Positions 24,732 to 36,211 of a stretch of 64,000 bases of DNA are shown piece by piece. The stretch comes from Anthoceros angustus (lineage: Eukaryota > Plantae > Anthocerotophyta). Positions within the stretch are counted from its first letter, which is position 1, and each line of letters opens with the position of its first letter. Under the pieces are notes generated by a model. It was not told where the DNA came from. It made no database searches and saw only the letters and a program-made list of their open reading frames with translations. The stretch spans positions 888,585 to 952,584 of the forward strand of contig VJWM01000116.1 in the NCBI GenBank assembly GCA_010909165.1, written 5' to 3'. The position numbers and the translations under genes were made by a program.

Positions 24732-26473
24732 ATGGCTGCAGCTCCAGCCGCTTGGGCTGTGGCGCTGCCCCGTCAAAGCCCGTCCTCACGGACCAATGTA
24801 GCAGCGTCCTCCGCTGTAGTTCCCCCATGTCGACGCTGGCTCAATGCCGGATATGGGAAGTCGCAAAAGGGGCCTTCCTGCGGCAGTGTCGGCCTTATCC
24901 AATCTGGGATCGGCAACAACAGCAGCCAACGCAGCGGCAGCGGGAGGAGCAAGGCGGGAGCTCGGTGTGCTGTCAGGAATCCGGAAACGCTCGAGGAGGC
25001 TGTCTCGCAGGTACCACCTCATCAGAGACCCACATTGCAAAAATTTGCAGGCGCTGATGGAAGGGCTTCACCATCTCGTCTGTTGTCGTCACAGTAGGCA
25101 ACAGGTGCTGTGCAAAGGGCACTGGCTGATGGCAAGAAACGGCAGCAGCTCCAGCTCCTGCTTCCTGTCGACCAGCGCCAATTCAATTATCTGGATACCG
25201 AGCCACGGTAGGAGGAATCGAGGTTGAATGCCTGCTCCGTATAGCAATGTGTTAACGAATGTGCTCACTGTTCGCGTCATGCGCGCTTTCAGGGACTACC
25301 CCTGTAGCATCAGAAACGAGTTTATTGCCTGTAACAAAATGGTCACGGCTATCCTCAAGGAGCTGGCAGGCCTGCCGGCAGACCAGAATGTGGAGATTCT
25401 GTCCAGGGAGATTGGAGAAAATGAAAATGAACAGGACCCTGTGGGGCTGTTGTATCCCAGTGATAAAAGCATCTCTGCCGTCATCTTCCCCATTGCCGAG
25501 ATCCTGAAGAAGGTAGGTAACTGTAGCAAGCGAGTTAGCATTTTGCAGAGTGAGTTGTGATTTTCTGTGTGGTTACCACGGCCGTGCTTGATCTCTGATT
25601 TTTGCAGATCAAGTCCCTGGCAAGCAGTGACGAGAATAGGCCTCTGCTTATCGTTAACCCTCAATGGCGTACATCCGGCCAAGTGGTCTCAGACTTTGGA
25701 TTTGGTCCATGGCGCAGGTACCTAGACCTTCTCTTACTCATGTGTGGACTTAGTGTCATTCTCACCAACTCGATGCCTTCCTTTCCTTTGCCGGTTTAGT
25801 GGTCATACTCATTGTGCTGGCAGACAGGCGGAAGAGTTTGTGGACACCTTTGCGGTCACATATTCCCTGTTGGAACTTCGCATCGGGGAGGCCTCAAATG
25901 TCATATCAGGCGGCGGTGGTGTGGTTCGCCTTCTGAAGTGCTATCCCGACAACTGGAAGGTTTGTTCCCAAAGTGTTTGTACTCCAGCTCAAGAACGGAG
26001 TACAGGCGACTTTAACAATTCCGCTCTCCCACTGGAATGCTAGGTTTTCCTCATGGCTTGGGATGGAACGAGTGAACTGATCGGAGAGATGGCAACGAGG
26101 CCTTCTTACAAGGAGCTTGAGCCACTTGTGGCAGAGGTGTGTGCTGCACTCTTGCTCCCTCGCATGCTTCTGCTCCTGGTTTGCATCACCTGCACTTTCA
26201 CACCGTAAGCCGACGTTTGTGGTGTTTTTGATGGAGCTGTAGGCGAGGAAAAGAATACCGTGGCAAGCCCCGCCACGAATGCTCGGTGGCTCCGAGCCAG
26301 CTCCTCCACCACTCCCCAAGTCCTTGGCTGGCTTTCTGTCCGACGAGCAGATCGAAGAAATGGATGTTACTGCAGTGCGCCGTGCCCTTATGGCTCTGGA
26401 CCTTCCCAGCTCAGGAAGGATCGCTGTCATCAAGGAAAGACTGAAAGAAGCCCAGAAGGGAGCGAGTCGGTAG
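24732..26473 (+). CDS. DUF1995-domain putative plastid protein with C-terminal SAP-like helix-extension-helix, ~7 exons
   Basis: Transit-like N-terminus, then PETLEEAVSQ|ATGAVQRALADGKKRQQLQLLLP, RPLLIVNPQW..SDFGFGPWR, VRLLKCYPDNWKV, RPSYKELE. C-terminus MDVTAVRRALMALDLPSSGRIAVIKERL matches the SAP consensus spacing. Confidence 0.78.
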
Positions 26474-26684
26474 CCATTTCAGAGGAGAAGTGAAGGCTAA
26501 TTGTCATCGTTGCTTGGTTTCCAAGATTTACAGTTTCCGAGTATCCTCATACTTACTATGCTCCTATTGGTGTGGTAAGGGTACATATATGTAGTAGCTG
26601 TGGTTGCCAGCAGACAGCGCAAGTGACTGCATTGGATCTCTGTTATGTCATGCAGTAGATTCTCGCCCTTACGCTCACCATCGC

Positions 26685-29093
26685 TCATGTGGTAGCAACC
26701 AAGGTTACGCTCCTTTCCGTTTGCACTTTGTACTTGTACCTGCTCGAGACCACCACGAAGGCAAGGAGGTTGATACAAGAAAGAACACCCAGCATCCAGT
26801 AGTAGTAGTCCAAATGTCCTGAATTGATGTCATTTGTGAGCCAGGGTTCCTTTCCATGGCCTCCTGCATCGTGACAGGCAGCGAAGGTGAGTTCCCTTAT
26901 GTTTCATTCATGGCAGGAAGGAAACGATGTACCAGCTGACATCTGTAGAAAGAGAAGGTTGGTGAGATTGTTACCGGTGTACTTTTTCACGATGTTGATC
27001 AACAGCGTGGAAGCGAAGTTGCCTGCAGCCATAGCCAGGGCAAGAAGAGCGCCTCCCACGCCGCGCATGCCGTCGGGGGCCTGGTCGTAGAAGAATTCGA
27101 TCTGCCCGATGCCGGAAAAGACCTCCGAGATGCCCAGCAAGGAGAACTGGAATGTGAGCCACAGGACACTGAAAGGCAGCGGGGCCTGAAGGCGCGTCAG
27201 CTCTGGATGACGGAGCGCAATCGCCCGCCGCTTGTGCTCGACAAAGCCTGAAGCCAGGAGGCACAGAATGAGGACGAAGTATCCGATGCCGATTCTCTGC
27301 AGCACTGTGGTGCCCCGCTGGCGCCCGGTCCATTTCCTCATCAGCGGGACGTAAATCCAGTCGTAGGCCGGGATGACGAGCATGACGACGATCATGGAGG
27401 TGGCCGGGGCTGAGCCGGTGGGGATGGTGAAATGCGGGCCCAGGTTCCTGTCCATGGTGCCCGCTTGCTGCACCGAGAAGCTTACGATCTGGACCAGCAC
27501 CAGCGGCTGCAGGATGGATGTGAACCAGATGGGCACGAAGTTTAAGATTGCCTTCAGCTCCTCCACCTGCGTCACCGTGCACAGATGCCATGGCGACACC
27601 GGCACCCCTTCTGCTACCAAATGCTTCTCCTCTTCCGTCTCCACAGCTGCCTTGTCCAGGAACCTGCCAGCAGTTTCACAACCGTGACTTTAGGAGGAGA
27701 AGAAATATATCCACCACAAATCTTGCAGGCCTCGGCAACTGCAAACATTTGGTGGGTCGTGGCAGAATCTTGATCTCACCTGTACTCGCTTGTGTGCTGG
27801 AGCTTCCCGCTCCCGAGAATGGCAGACTCCCTGTCATAGACCTCGTGCAAAAGCGAATCTTCCAGAGGAAGCGGCAACGAGCGCTTGCGGAAAGCAGCAG
27901 AAATCACCTGCAAGCAGGCAGTAAAATATTGCTGCCTTGAGGATCTTAATCCTGGTGGTCGGAGGATTTGAAGGAACAATTCCGAAGCTGATAACGCACC
28001 TGAAACACTCTCGTGAGCGGGCTACCGCTGGGCATTTTGTGGCGGTAAGTCGGCGTTCCGATGAAGAAGATCATGCTGGAGATGAACATGGCGATGGCCA
28101 GCATCCCGATCCCCCATCCCCAGTTGAGATTAGAGACGTAAACCACTATGGTGACTGCGAACAGAACACCGCCGGTGAAGAAGAAGTAGAACATGTTGAA
28201 GAAGGTGCTCATCTGCTTCTCCTCCTTGGGATCGTACACGTCGAACTGATCCGCCCCAAATGGGGCCACCAGCGGCCTCAGGCCCCCGGAGCCCAGAGCG
28301 ATGACGTAGAGCGCCAGATAGAGGAAGCTCATCTGGGTCTTCCCGGGCGGAGGGCACACTCCCCTGATCACCTCCAAAATGTTGCATTGCACCGCGGGAT
28401 GGAGAGACGGCACCACGGCTTGGATTGTGAGCAGAATCAGGCCCTGCACAAGCAACCCACACCACAACATGTCACAAACGTGTGGTACACACACAGCCCT
28501 CCATGGACGGGAGCTTGCAAGCAGCCGCATTGAAAGGTTCAGTGCCACGTACCAGCATGTAGATCATGGTGGCGACACAGATAGTCCAGTATCGCCCCCA
28601 GTAGGCGTCGGCCATGAACCCCCCGAGGAGGGGGGTGATGTTGGAGGTGCCAGCCCAGTTGGAGAGGATAGTGGCGGACGATGTGAAAGATTGGTGCATC
28701 ACGAACACCAAATACGTCACGAAGTTGGCTGCCAATCCAAAGTACACCATCTTCTCCGCCATCTCGTTCCCTGCCCATACCCGTCCATAGCTCCCGATCA
28801 ACATTCCCACCCACCATCACGATGTCGACACTACTGTTCTCTGGACCACAAATCACCCACAATCTCAACAAATGCTTGAAGATGGGCTGCATACCGAAGA
28901 TGAAAGGCGCAGCCCGCCATCCCCCGGTTCTGGACTTGTCGATTATCGGGCGGCCCTTGAGGTCGACGGACTGAAACCCAATCTTCCACTTGTCCACTTC
29001 GAGGTCGACGTCTTGCGATACCGCCAAGGGCTTCCCGGGCGCCCCTCTCACGGTGGAAGGCGCCCGCGCCGCATCCTGGAACTGGGCGCTCAT
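26685..29093 (-). CDS. NRT1/PTR (NPF, POT) family transporter, ~6 exons
   Basis: RTGGWRAAPFIFG|NEMAEKMVYFG, LLGGFMADAYWGRY, LYVIALGSGGLRP..FGADQFD, PSGSPLTRV, LCTVTQVEELK, GQIEFFYDQAPDGMR, and a last exon WLTNDINSGHLDYYYWML..ATT*. Confidence 0.93.
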
Positions 29094-32000
29094 GTTGCTG
29101 AATGCCGAGGCCTGGCCTGCAGGCCTGCACTTCAAACATGCATCCACGGACAGGGAGCGCGTAAGGCTGGAGCCTGGAGCCTGCTCACCCCGGAACCGCA
29201 ACGCGTACCTCACGCATTGCATGCATTGCGCTGCCCAGGGGGCCGAGAACAGGATGCAAAAACAGAGGTCAACACGGTTCCTTTCTGTTGGCTGACCAGC
29301 CTGGACGCAGGCTCACCTCAGTCACTTACGATCGCACGTGATTTTCCAGCTCTCCAACGTCCTGCCCTCCTGCTTGTACGCCCGCTCTCGATTTTGAACC
29401 TACCAGCACTTTCTCCTAGCGAGTAGCAGTGCAGGCTCCGCAAATACGGTTTTTGCCGCTGGAGGCCGGAACAGGAGCAGGCTGTGCCAGGAACCCACAA
29501 CTCCAGAACTCCACGACTCCAGAACGCCAGGAGTTACTATCGCAACTCCAGAACTGGGAGTCGGACGCTGGCAGGCCTGTCGTCCCTCTCTTTTTAAAAG
29601 CAGCCCAGGTTTTCCAGAAGCTCAGCCACCCGAGCTCCCTGATTCCAAGGTGCCTTCAGGCTTTGGCTGTTGCCTCGGAATCGAGTGGCGGGCGGATTGT
29701 CATCTTGCTCGCAAGATTTGGGTTCCGGAAACTTCGAACCGCCGAACCGGACACACACTTCACACAGCTGGAGGAGAGAGCTTGTGTGCCGGCTGTGATG
29801 GAACATGTGGCACTCCCGGCGCGGCCGGCTGATTTCCTTATATTCTATGACAAAAACATGACGGGCTCTCAACAGTGAGTACCGTACACTGTGAGGCTCC
29901 AGCGGCCGCGCCTCGCCATGGCATCGATCGAGTGACGGGTTGTCCATGATTTTGTCGGAGTCATGAGGGCCTCACTCGTGTCACGGACACACAGCCCACG
30001 CCATTGCGGCGACCTCGGACGACGAGGCGGCTGCTCTTGGGGAAAAGGGATCTTCTGGAGGGCATGTGTTCCCGGGCCGAGGCCCCCGTTGTTTGTTTTG
30101 GGCAAACGTGGAGTTGTAGCACGAACCAAGGTTTTGAGGACACAGATCTTAGCTCCGTACTCCTCTCACAATGCGGGCCAGTGGCGGAGTGCATCAAGCT
30201 TTCCATCGTTTTACAATGTCACCATGGCAGTCAGTTCGAGTGCATAAATGGTCCGCCATGCCGCAAAAGAAAATATTCCAACTGCCAGGTGTTGGTCAGG
30301 AAACGTCATCCTGTGCGGATGTCCCGAGAGCAGCTTCCATCATGGATCACGGAGGACACCTGAGTACCATTGGCTGCACCCAAGCAAGCTATGCGCAACT
30401 GCTTTTGTAACGCAAGTGTTGAAACTAGGTTCCTATGGGCTCTCAAAAGAGCGGGTATTGTCCTTTCTTTCGTGTGGGAATCGTTCTTTCTTTCGTGTGC
30501 AATAGGTGGGAATCGTTCTTTCTTTTGCGTGCAATAGCGGGAACAGTTTTACATTTTTACACCTCTCTTGCTATAAGATCATTTGAAATTATTTATTTGA
30601 TAAATCATTTTATTTTATTTTAATTAAAATAATAGAAAATGTGGTTCAAAGTAGCAAGACCCTTAAGGATGTCTATAAATCATGAGCATCTTTTATGGAC
30701 TACAAAGTTGTACATCCACGAGTATCTCACACCACGTCAATAGAGTGTAATAAGAAGGAGAAGGTATCTACTTTTGAGGTTGTATTTAGTGGCTTTCTTC
30801 CGCAAAAGGATAACCTATACTTCTAGCATGCATTTTAGTTCAGGAACCTCTTTCATAGATTCTCCAAGGTGTAAATTGAGCTGAGCACTACATGGCTAGT
30901 CACAGACTTAGTGTAGGTACTCGTTACACCCTATCATTAGTAGGGACAAGTAAGTCGATTCAAGTTTCTCGTTTCCTGAGTTTCAAATTGCCCTCACATG
31001 GAGCGACCTTCAGGGAAGAACTATGTGCTGTTAGAACGAGCTTTCTTATCAATAGGCCATATCACAAATATCAATTGAGTGAGACACGTTGGTCAAACAA
31101 AGACTTTAAAGTGGTAAGCTAAGTTTATGTGACATTAGAGGAACTTTGGATGTCAACAACACAAATAAGTGACTATATCACATCACTTATTTATTTTTGA
31201 AAAAAATAGGTATTCTGAGGAAAGACATTTGTCACATATATTTTTTTCATAATAAGGACCATAGTTGAAGAAAAGGCATTTCTAATGCACTAAAAATCAA
31301 GACCATCAGATTAGTATCCACATCGTAATAGCTTCCATTTCTTGAGGGGTTTGTGAGTTTTTAAAAGCATTCTTTTGTGTATTGACAGGATATATTGGTC
31401 AAAAGCTTTGAATTATATTGTATAATATAAAGGAAAATTTCTTTCTTAAAAGGTAACTTAACATAAATTACTGTCATAAAAAAATTGTGCACTATGTTGA
31501 GGAACATGGGTTAAAACACTCGATTTGAGTGGGTTACGCTTTGTGGGGTTTAGTGCAAGTGGACCAGGAGGCACATTGTGGAGATTTTGTGCAAAAGCTA
31601 CCTTGCAGGAATTCAATATGCTTACCACTTGTTGTAGTGTATTGTTTGTAATGCGTGCAGCTTTGAAGAGGCAAGTGGACAGAGTTTAAGTCCAACAAGT
31701 TAAGGAGGAAATGCACAAACGCTTCAGCAGGTTGGAAGAAAAAGTCTTTGATTTGGCAAAGGAGGCTTATGCAAAGAATTTTCATTTATTTTCGACATTG
31801 AAGCTGTGAAGGAGGGCTACAAGTTTAAGTTTCCCGATTCAAAGGATATGGTGCAGGATCTGGTGGATTAATGCTAAGATGCGAAATGGTTAGATGGGGC
31901 AGCATTGTACTAGGCGTAAATTTGCGTTATAGTCTAATTGGTGCTAGACAATCTAGGTCAAATAAGGAAGTTATGCAATGACTTGTCTACAATAGTGATC

Positions 32001-32793
32001 CAGTAAACGACTTCCAAAATAAGACGTTGACTGCTAATGTCCTATCTAGTCCTTGATGGATTCTCGTTCGACTACATCTGGTAGTCCTGTGTTACAAACA
32101 ATACACTACGTCGGCTACATGGAAATCATCTTTTTTCCTTAAACATAAGTTCAAAACTTTTTTGAGAGTTCATATATACGCAAATCAAATTAGATGAAAT
32201 TCCACACACACAAAGCTGCTGAAAAACAACCATAGACACAAAGCTATTGACAATACAACCTTTTCTAGAACCCTTCAATTTGGCTTATGTTCACATGTCA
32301 ATAATTTATGTTAGATGTGAGACATTAACAAAGCCCGGCAGTACGTACGATCCCGACCATAGGTAGGATCTTTCAGATACCCATCTTCAACATGGTAGTT
32401 GAAGGAGAATGTCAGAATTATTGGAGTATACTATTCCAACTCAAAGTGCGTTCATATGTATACTGTTCGGGTGTAGATGAGATCACTCACTTTGTTTATT
32501 ACATAATGATCACTCATTTTTTGTAATTTATAAATTCTGATATTCAAAAAAATAAGTATTATAGGTGATATCTTCATATTATGGAGATAATTCCCCAAAA
32601 CAAACTCCAATGCTCACTTTTTTCACATTCCTCTTCATACACGGCTCAACTTTCCTGATGTGATCTCATTGAAATTTGAAGAACCTTTTTCTTTAAGTCT
32701 GGGTTGCCATATTTTTTTCAAAGGAAAAGTTGCTAATTGTCAATTTTTCAATGGCTTTATGTATTCTACAAGGAACTGCTGTAGCTTCATCTT

Positions 32794-32962
32794 CTTCTCT
32801 AGCTTTGCTTTGATCTGTAATTGCTTGTGTCACTATGAGTGCAATATAACGCAAAGTAAGATCTATTTTTTTATCTTTTATTTTACTTCTCTAGCTTTGT
32901 TTCGATCTGTAATTGCTTGTCACTGTGAGTGCAATATAATGTAAAGTAATATCTACTTTTTG
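32794..32962. repeat. ~90-bp direct tandem duplication
   Basis: cttctctagctttg..tctgtaattgcttg..gagtgcaatataa..aaagtaa.atcta appears twice. Confidence 0.75.
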
Positions 32963-33053
32963 TCTTTTATTTCAATAATAAAATATTTATAAGTAAGTTC
33001 TCAAGACTTTGGCGTCAAATCAACTAGGGCCCCATTTCCGGTTGGGTATCGAT

Positions 33054-33209
33054 GTGCACTCGGATAGGCCTTCATTTCTGGGGTCGACTTTGTGTAGATG
33101 CACTAAGCTATGGGACGAAAACAGGCTCAAAGTGCACTCTGATAGGCCTACATTTCTGGGGTCGACTATGTGTAGATGCACTAAGCTATGCGACGAAAAT
33201 AGGCTCAAA
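33054..33209. repeat. 78-bp direct tandem duplication
   Basis: gtgcactc.gataggcct.catttctggggtcgact.tgtgtagatgcactaagctatg.gacgaaaa.aggctcaaa at 33054 and 33132. Confidence 0.88.
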
Positions 33210-33986
33210 GAGGACTGGATGTAAAACGTGAAAAGAAGTGAACCACCCATCAATGTGGAAAATTGATGCATATAATTTGAACTATTAGACCTTGACACGT
33301 AAAGAATCCAAATCACAGTGGGCTCATCTTGTCACAACAAAGGTGACGGGAAACGGAGTGGAGAAAATGAAATTGGGGCTCAACATCCTCAGATAAATGT
33401 TGGAATTCTTCCATGGCACATAAATGTTGGAATTCTTCCATGGCACCAACACCTGAAGAGGCAAGATCACCCAACGTGCTTGGAATATCATGCAAGACAA
33501 AGGAAGACGTTCCACTTAAGCAGAAGCAGAATTCCTACATCGGACACAAAAATAAAGCCACGTGAAAACCAAAGGTAAGAGGAGTCCATAGATGGTATAC
33601 GCGTGAACTACATAATGGACAGCAAAAGCGTTAGGACTTATACTCCCACATGGCTCAACCGCTCAATCGATCTATGGGTCGAAACTGCACTCCAAAGGCT
33701 TACCCATCTACGATCTCCAGAATACCGACAAACCTGTTGAACATGCAAGTATATTGTGGCTGAAACTCTATTCAAATTATTTACAGGGCCATACATCTAC
33801 CTCGCTAAAGGCGAGCCGTGAGACTCGCTATGGGCGGGCTGTGAGACTCGCTATAGGCGAGCTGTGAGAACGTAGTATCTTCATCAAATTTTCCGGTAAG
33901 TTCTCGTTGGGAGAACGAGCCAGCAAGAGAATAGAGTGAAAACCAGAGGGCAAATATTACCACAGAACAACCTGAAATCTTGCACC

Positions 33987-35534
33987 TCAACAACCAGCAA
34001 CCCTCTCATAATCTGGTGGAAGGCTTGGACAATGCTCATTCATGTGCGAATAGAGATCCAAACTGTTGTAATATGGCAAGTCGAACCGATATTCGCCAAG
34101 CAGTTGGCAGTAAGGAAGCGGATGACCATCAAGTTCATGACACCAGCTGGGCAGGCGAGTCACGTTATCCTCATAGAATCTCAGCATGTACGCATCGCGG
34201 ATGGTGAACTCCGTGACCTGTACCTTGTCAGCAATGCTCCCAAACAGACCAGCCTCTTTATACATGGCCAGAATAAAAGCAACACAGGTGGTAGACTTGC
34301 CATCACTGTACACCCAATCATCACTCTCCGGAATGGCAAGAAGCTCGCCAAATGGTATCCCCCGCTGCTCACTCTCCCATAGCAGAGATGGAAGGTCTAG
34401 CCCGTCTGTCCCAAGCCGCTTGTTAAGAGCCTCATTCCACATATTTGCAGCATATGCGGGCTGTATGCGCGTCCACATAGTGATCACCGATGCCACTAGG
34501 TTGGCATCCAACGGTGGAGGGTAGTTATCTGTCTCTGTGTCTATCCAGCTAAATATCATGTTATGGTAGCCATAGGGTTGGCCATCCATCCTCCGGACAT
34601 ACTCCCAGGCAGCAGTTGCGTTGAACTTGGCTCTCATGTCCGGATGCAGGGGAAGAAGAGCAACATGTGCATTAGCAGTGTCCTTGACCTGCAAATCCCA
34701 CCATTCCTCCCAAGTGATGACCGCAATAACCTCCTCTCCTGCTTCATTCTCATGCCCTGATTCCCCAACCCACAACTTCCCATTTTCGTCCCGAAGACAA
34801 ACTGCTGTATGGCCTGCATAAGCCCCCGTTACCCATTTCTCCAACGTCTCAAACCCACCCCAGCGACCTCGCAACTTCGAAAGCGCCAAAAAGTCTCCCG
34901 AGTGAATGTCATCAGTGGAGAAATTCGCAGCCCAGGGCTGCGGTCGCTTCACAAACGTGGCCCCCATGTGCTTAGTCAGAAACGCAATATTTGCACTCTC
35001 TCCAAACCCAGAGTTAGAGAACAAGGGCAACACATCCCACAACGCAGCCAAGGTCCCAAACATCCCTGCCGGCATGAGGAAAACCGAAAACCCTCTCGCC
35101 TTCACGTAATCCAGCTCCCCTTCCTCCCAACTGTCGATGGTGAGAGTGTGCTGCTTGGCGGTGAAGTAGTAATCCCAAGTAACCCTGTACGGGGTGGCGA
35201 ACACATACAAGTCCAAGCATGTCCAGCTGCGGGCATCCGCAGTCTTGAGATGCAAGACACCCCCGCTGTCTTTAAACTCCAGGTAGGCCTGGTTTTTCTG
35301 GAAGCAAGCCCCCTCCCATTCCACTGTATCCACCTCCGAGGAAACCGCGCCCACAAACTGCGGCAGCAGATTCACCGCGTTGTTCAGCGTGTTCAACACT
35401 GGCCATGCAATCCCGTGAGGCAGCGCAGGCAACACATCCCCCGGCCGGATAGGCACCTTCCAGGCCTCTATTCCGCCTGCAGCACATACGAGCCACAATA
35501 AAGCTACTCCGAAAAACCCCATCGCCATGCCCAT
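33987..35534 (-). CDS. Conserved uncharacterised secreted plant protein (At1g70160/At4g27020-like), probable permuted papain-like (NlpC/P60, YiiX-type) fold; single exon
   Basis: 515-aa ORF with a signal peptide. IHSGDFLALSK..GAYAGHTAVCL..LWVGESG..PYGYHN..STTCVAFI places His before Cys, as in permuted NlpC/P60 enzymes. Confidence 0.85.
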   Translation of the reverse strand: MGMAMGFFGVALLWLVCAAGGIEAWKVPIRPGDVLPALPHGIAWPVLNTLNNAVNLLPQFVGAVSSEVDTVEWEGACFQKNQAYLEFKDSGGVLHLKTADARSWTCLDLYVFATPYRVTWDYYFTAKQHTLTIDSWEEGELDYVKARGFSVFLMPAGMFGTLAALWDVLPLFSNSGFGESANIAFLTKHMGATFVKRPQPWAANFSTDDIHSGDFLALSKLRGRWGGFETLEKWVTGAYAGHTAVCLRDENGKLWVGESGHENEAGEEVIAVITWEEWWDLQVKDTANAHVALLPLHPDMRAKFNATAAWEYVRRMDGQPYGYHNMIFSWIDTETDNYPPPLDANLVASVITMWTRIQPAYAANMWNEALNKRLGTDGLDLPSLLWESEQRGIPFGELLAIPESDDWVYSDGKSTTCVAFILAMYKEAGLFGSIADKVQVTEFTIRDAYMLRFYEDNVTRLPSWCHELDGHPLPYCQLLGEYRFDLPYYNSLDLYSHMNEHCPSLPPDYERVAGC

Positions 35535-36066
35535 CTCCGCTCAGGGCTCCCTTGTCATCAAATTTTGCGCTCCTCGCAAACTCCTCCCTGACAACCCAAT
35601 ACCCACAATAAAGCAGCTGATAAGATGCGTCCGTCACAGTGGCCCCGCCATATTCACTCCATGCTTCAGACAACAAAGCTACAACCCAAGCTCAAGCTCG
35701 CCAACACCAAACTGCTCAACGAGCACTACACTAGATACCGGAGCAACAACGCGGACAGCTCCCTGGCCACGGATGCTCCGGATCTGCTACAAGATGCCGA
35801 CCGTCTTCTTTTCTTTTGTTCTTCTGTGGAGGACACGATGCCCACCTTCTTCGTTATTTCTTTCCCTTTTCTTAAGGAGAAAAGATGACGACCTCTCGGC
35901 GATGCACACGCAAGCATACATAACACAAAATATAGGGCTTTATATACCGCGATATAGGGCTTCGATTCATTACCTATGTACAGCAGATTCAAGGTAGGGG
36001 TAGTGTAGGGCTAGGGTAGATTACACGCGACGTTGCGTGTAGTGTTGGCAAGGAAGGTTCAGTTGC

Positions 36067-36211
36067 GTGCCTTACACGTGAAGGCTGCTCACCCTTCAAG
36101 GCGGCTTTCTGGTGGTTGCTGCTGCCTCGCCACAGGTTTCTGCAGAGTGCCTTACACGTGAAGGCTGCTCACCCTTCAAGGCGGCTTTCTGGTGGTTGCT
36201 GCTGCCTCGCC
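36067..36211. repeat. Two copies (80-bp period) of the GCCTTACACGTGAAGGC palindromic repeat
   Basis: gtgccttacacgtgaaggctgctcacccttcaaggcggctttctggtggttgctgctgcctcgcca at 36067 and 36147. Confidence 0.9.

Noticed and set aside
30600-33000. AT-rich block as a defined transposon
   Set aside because: No termini, TSD or recognisable coding remnants could be identified by eye. The same applies to 18700-20000.
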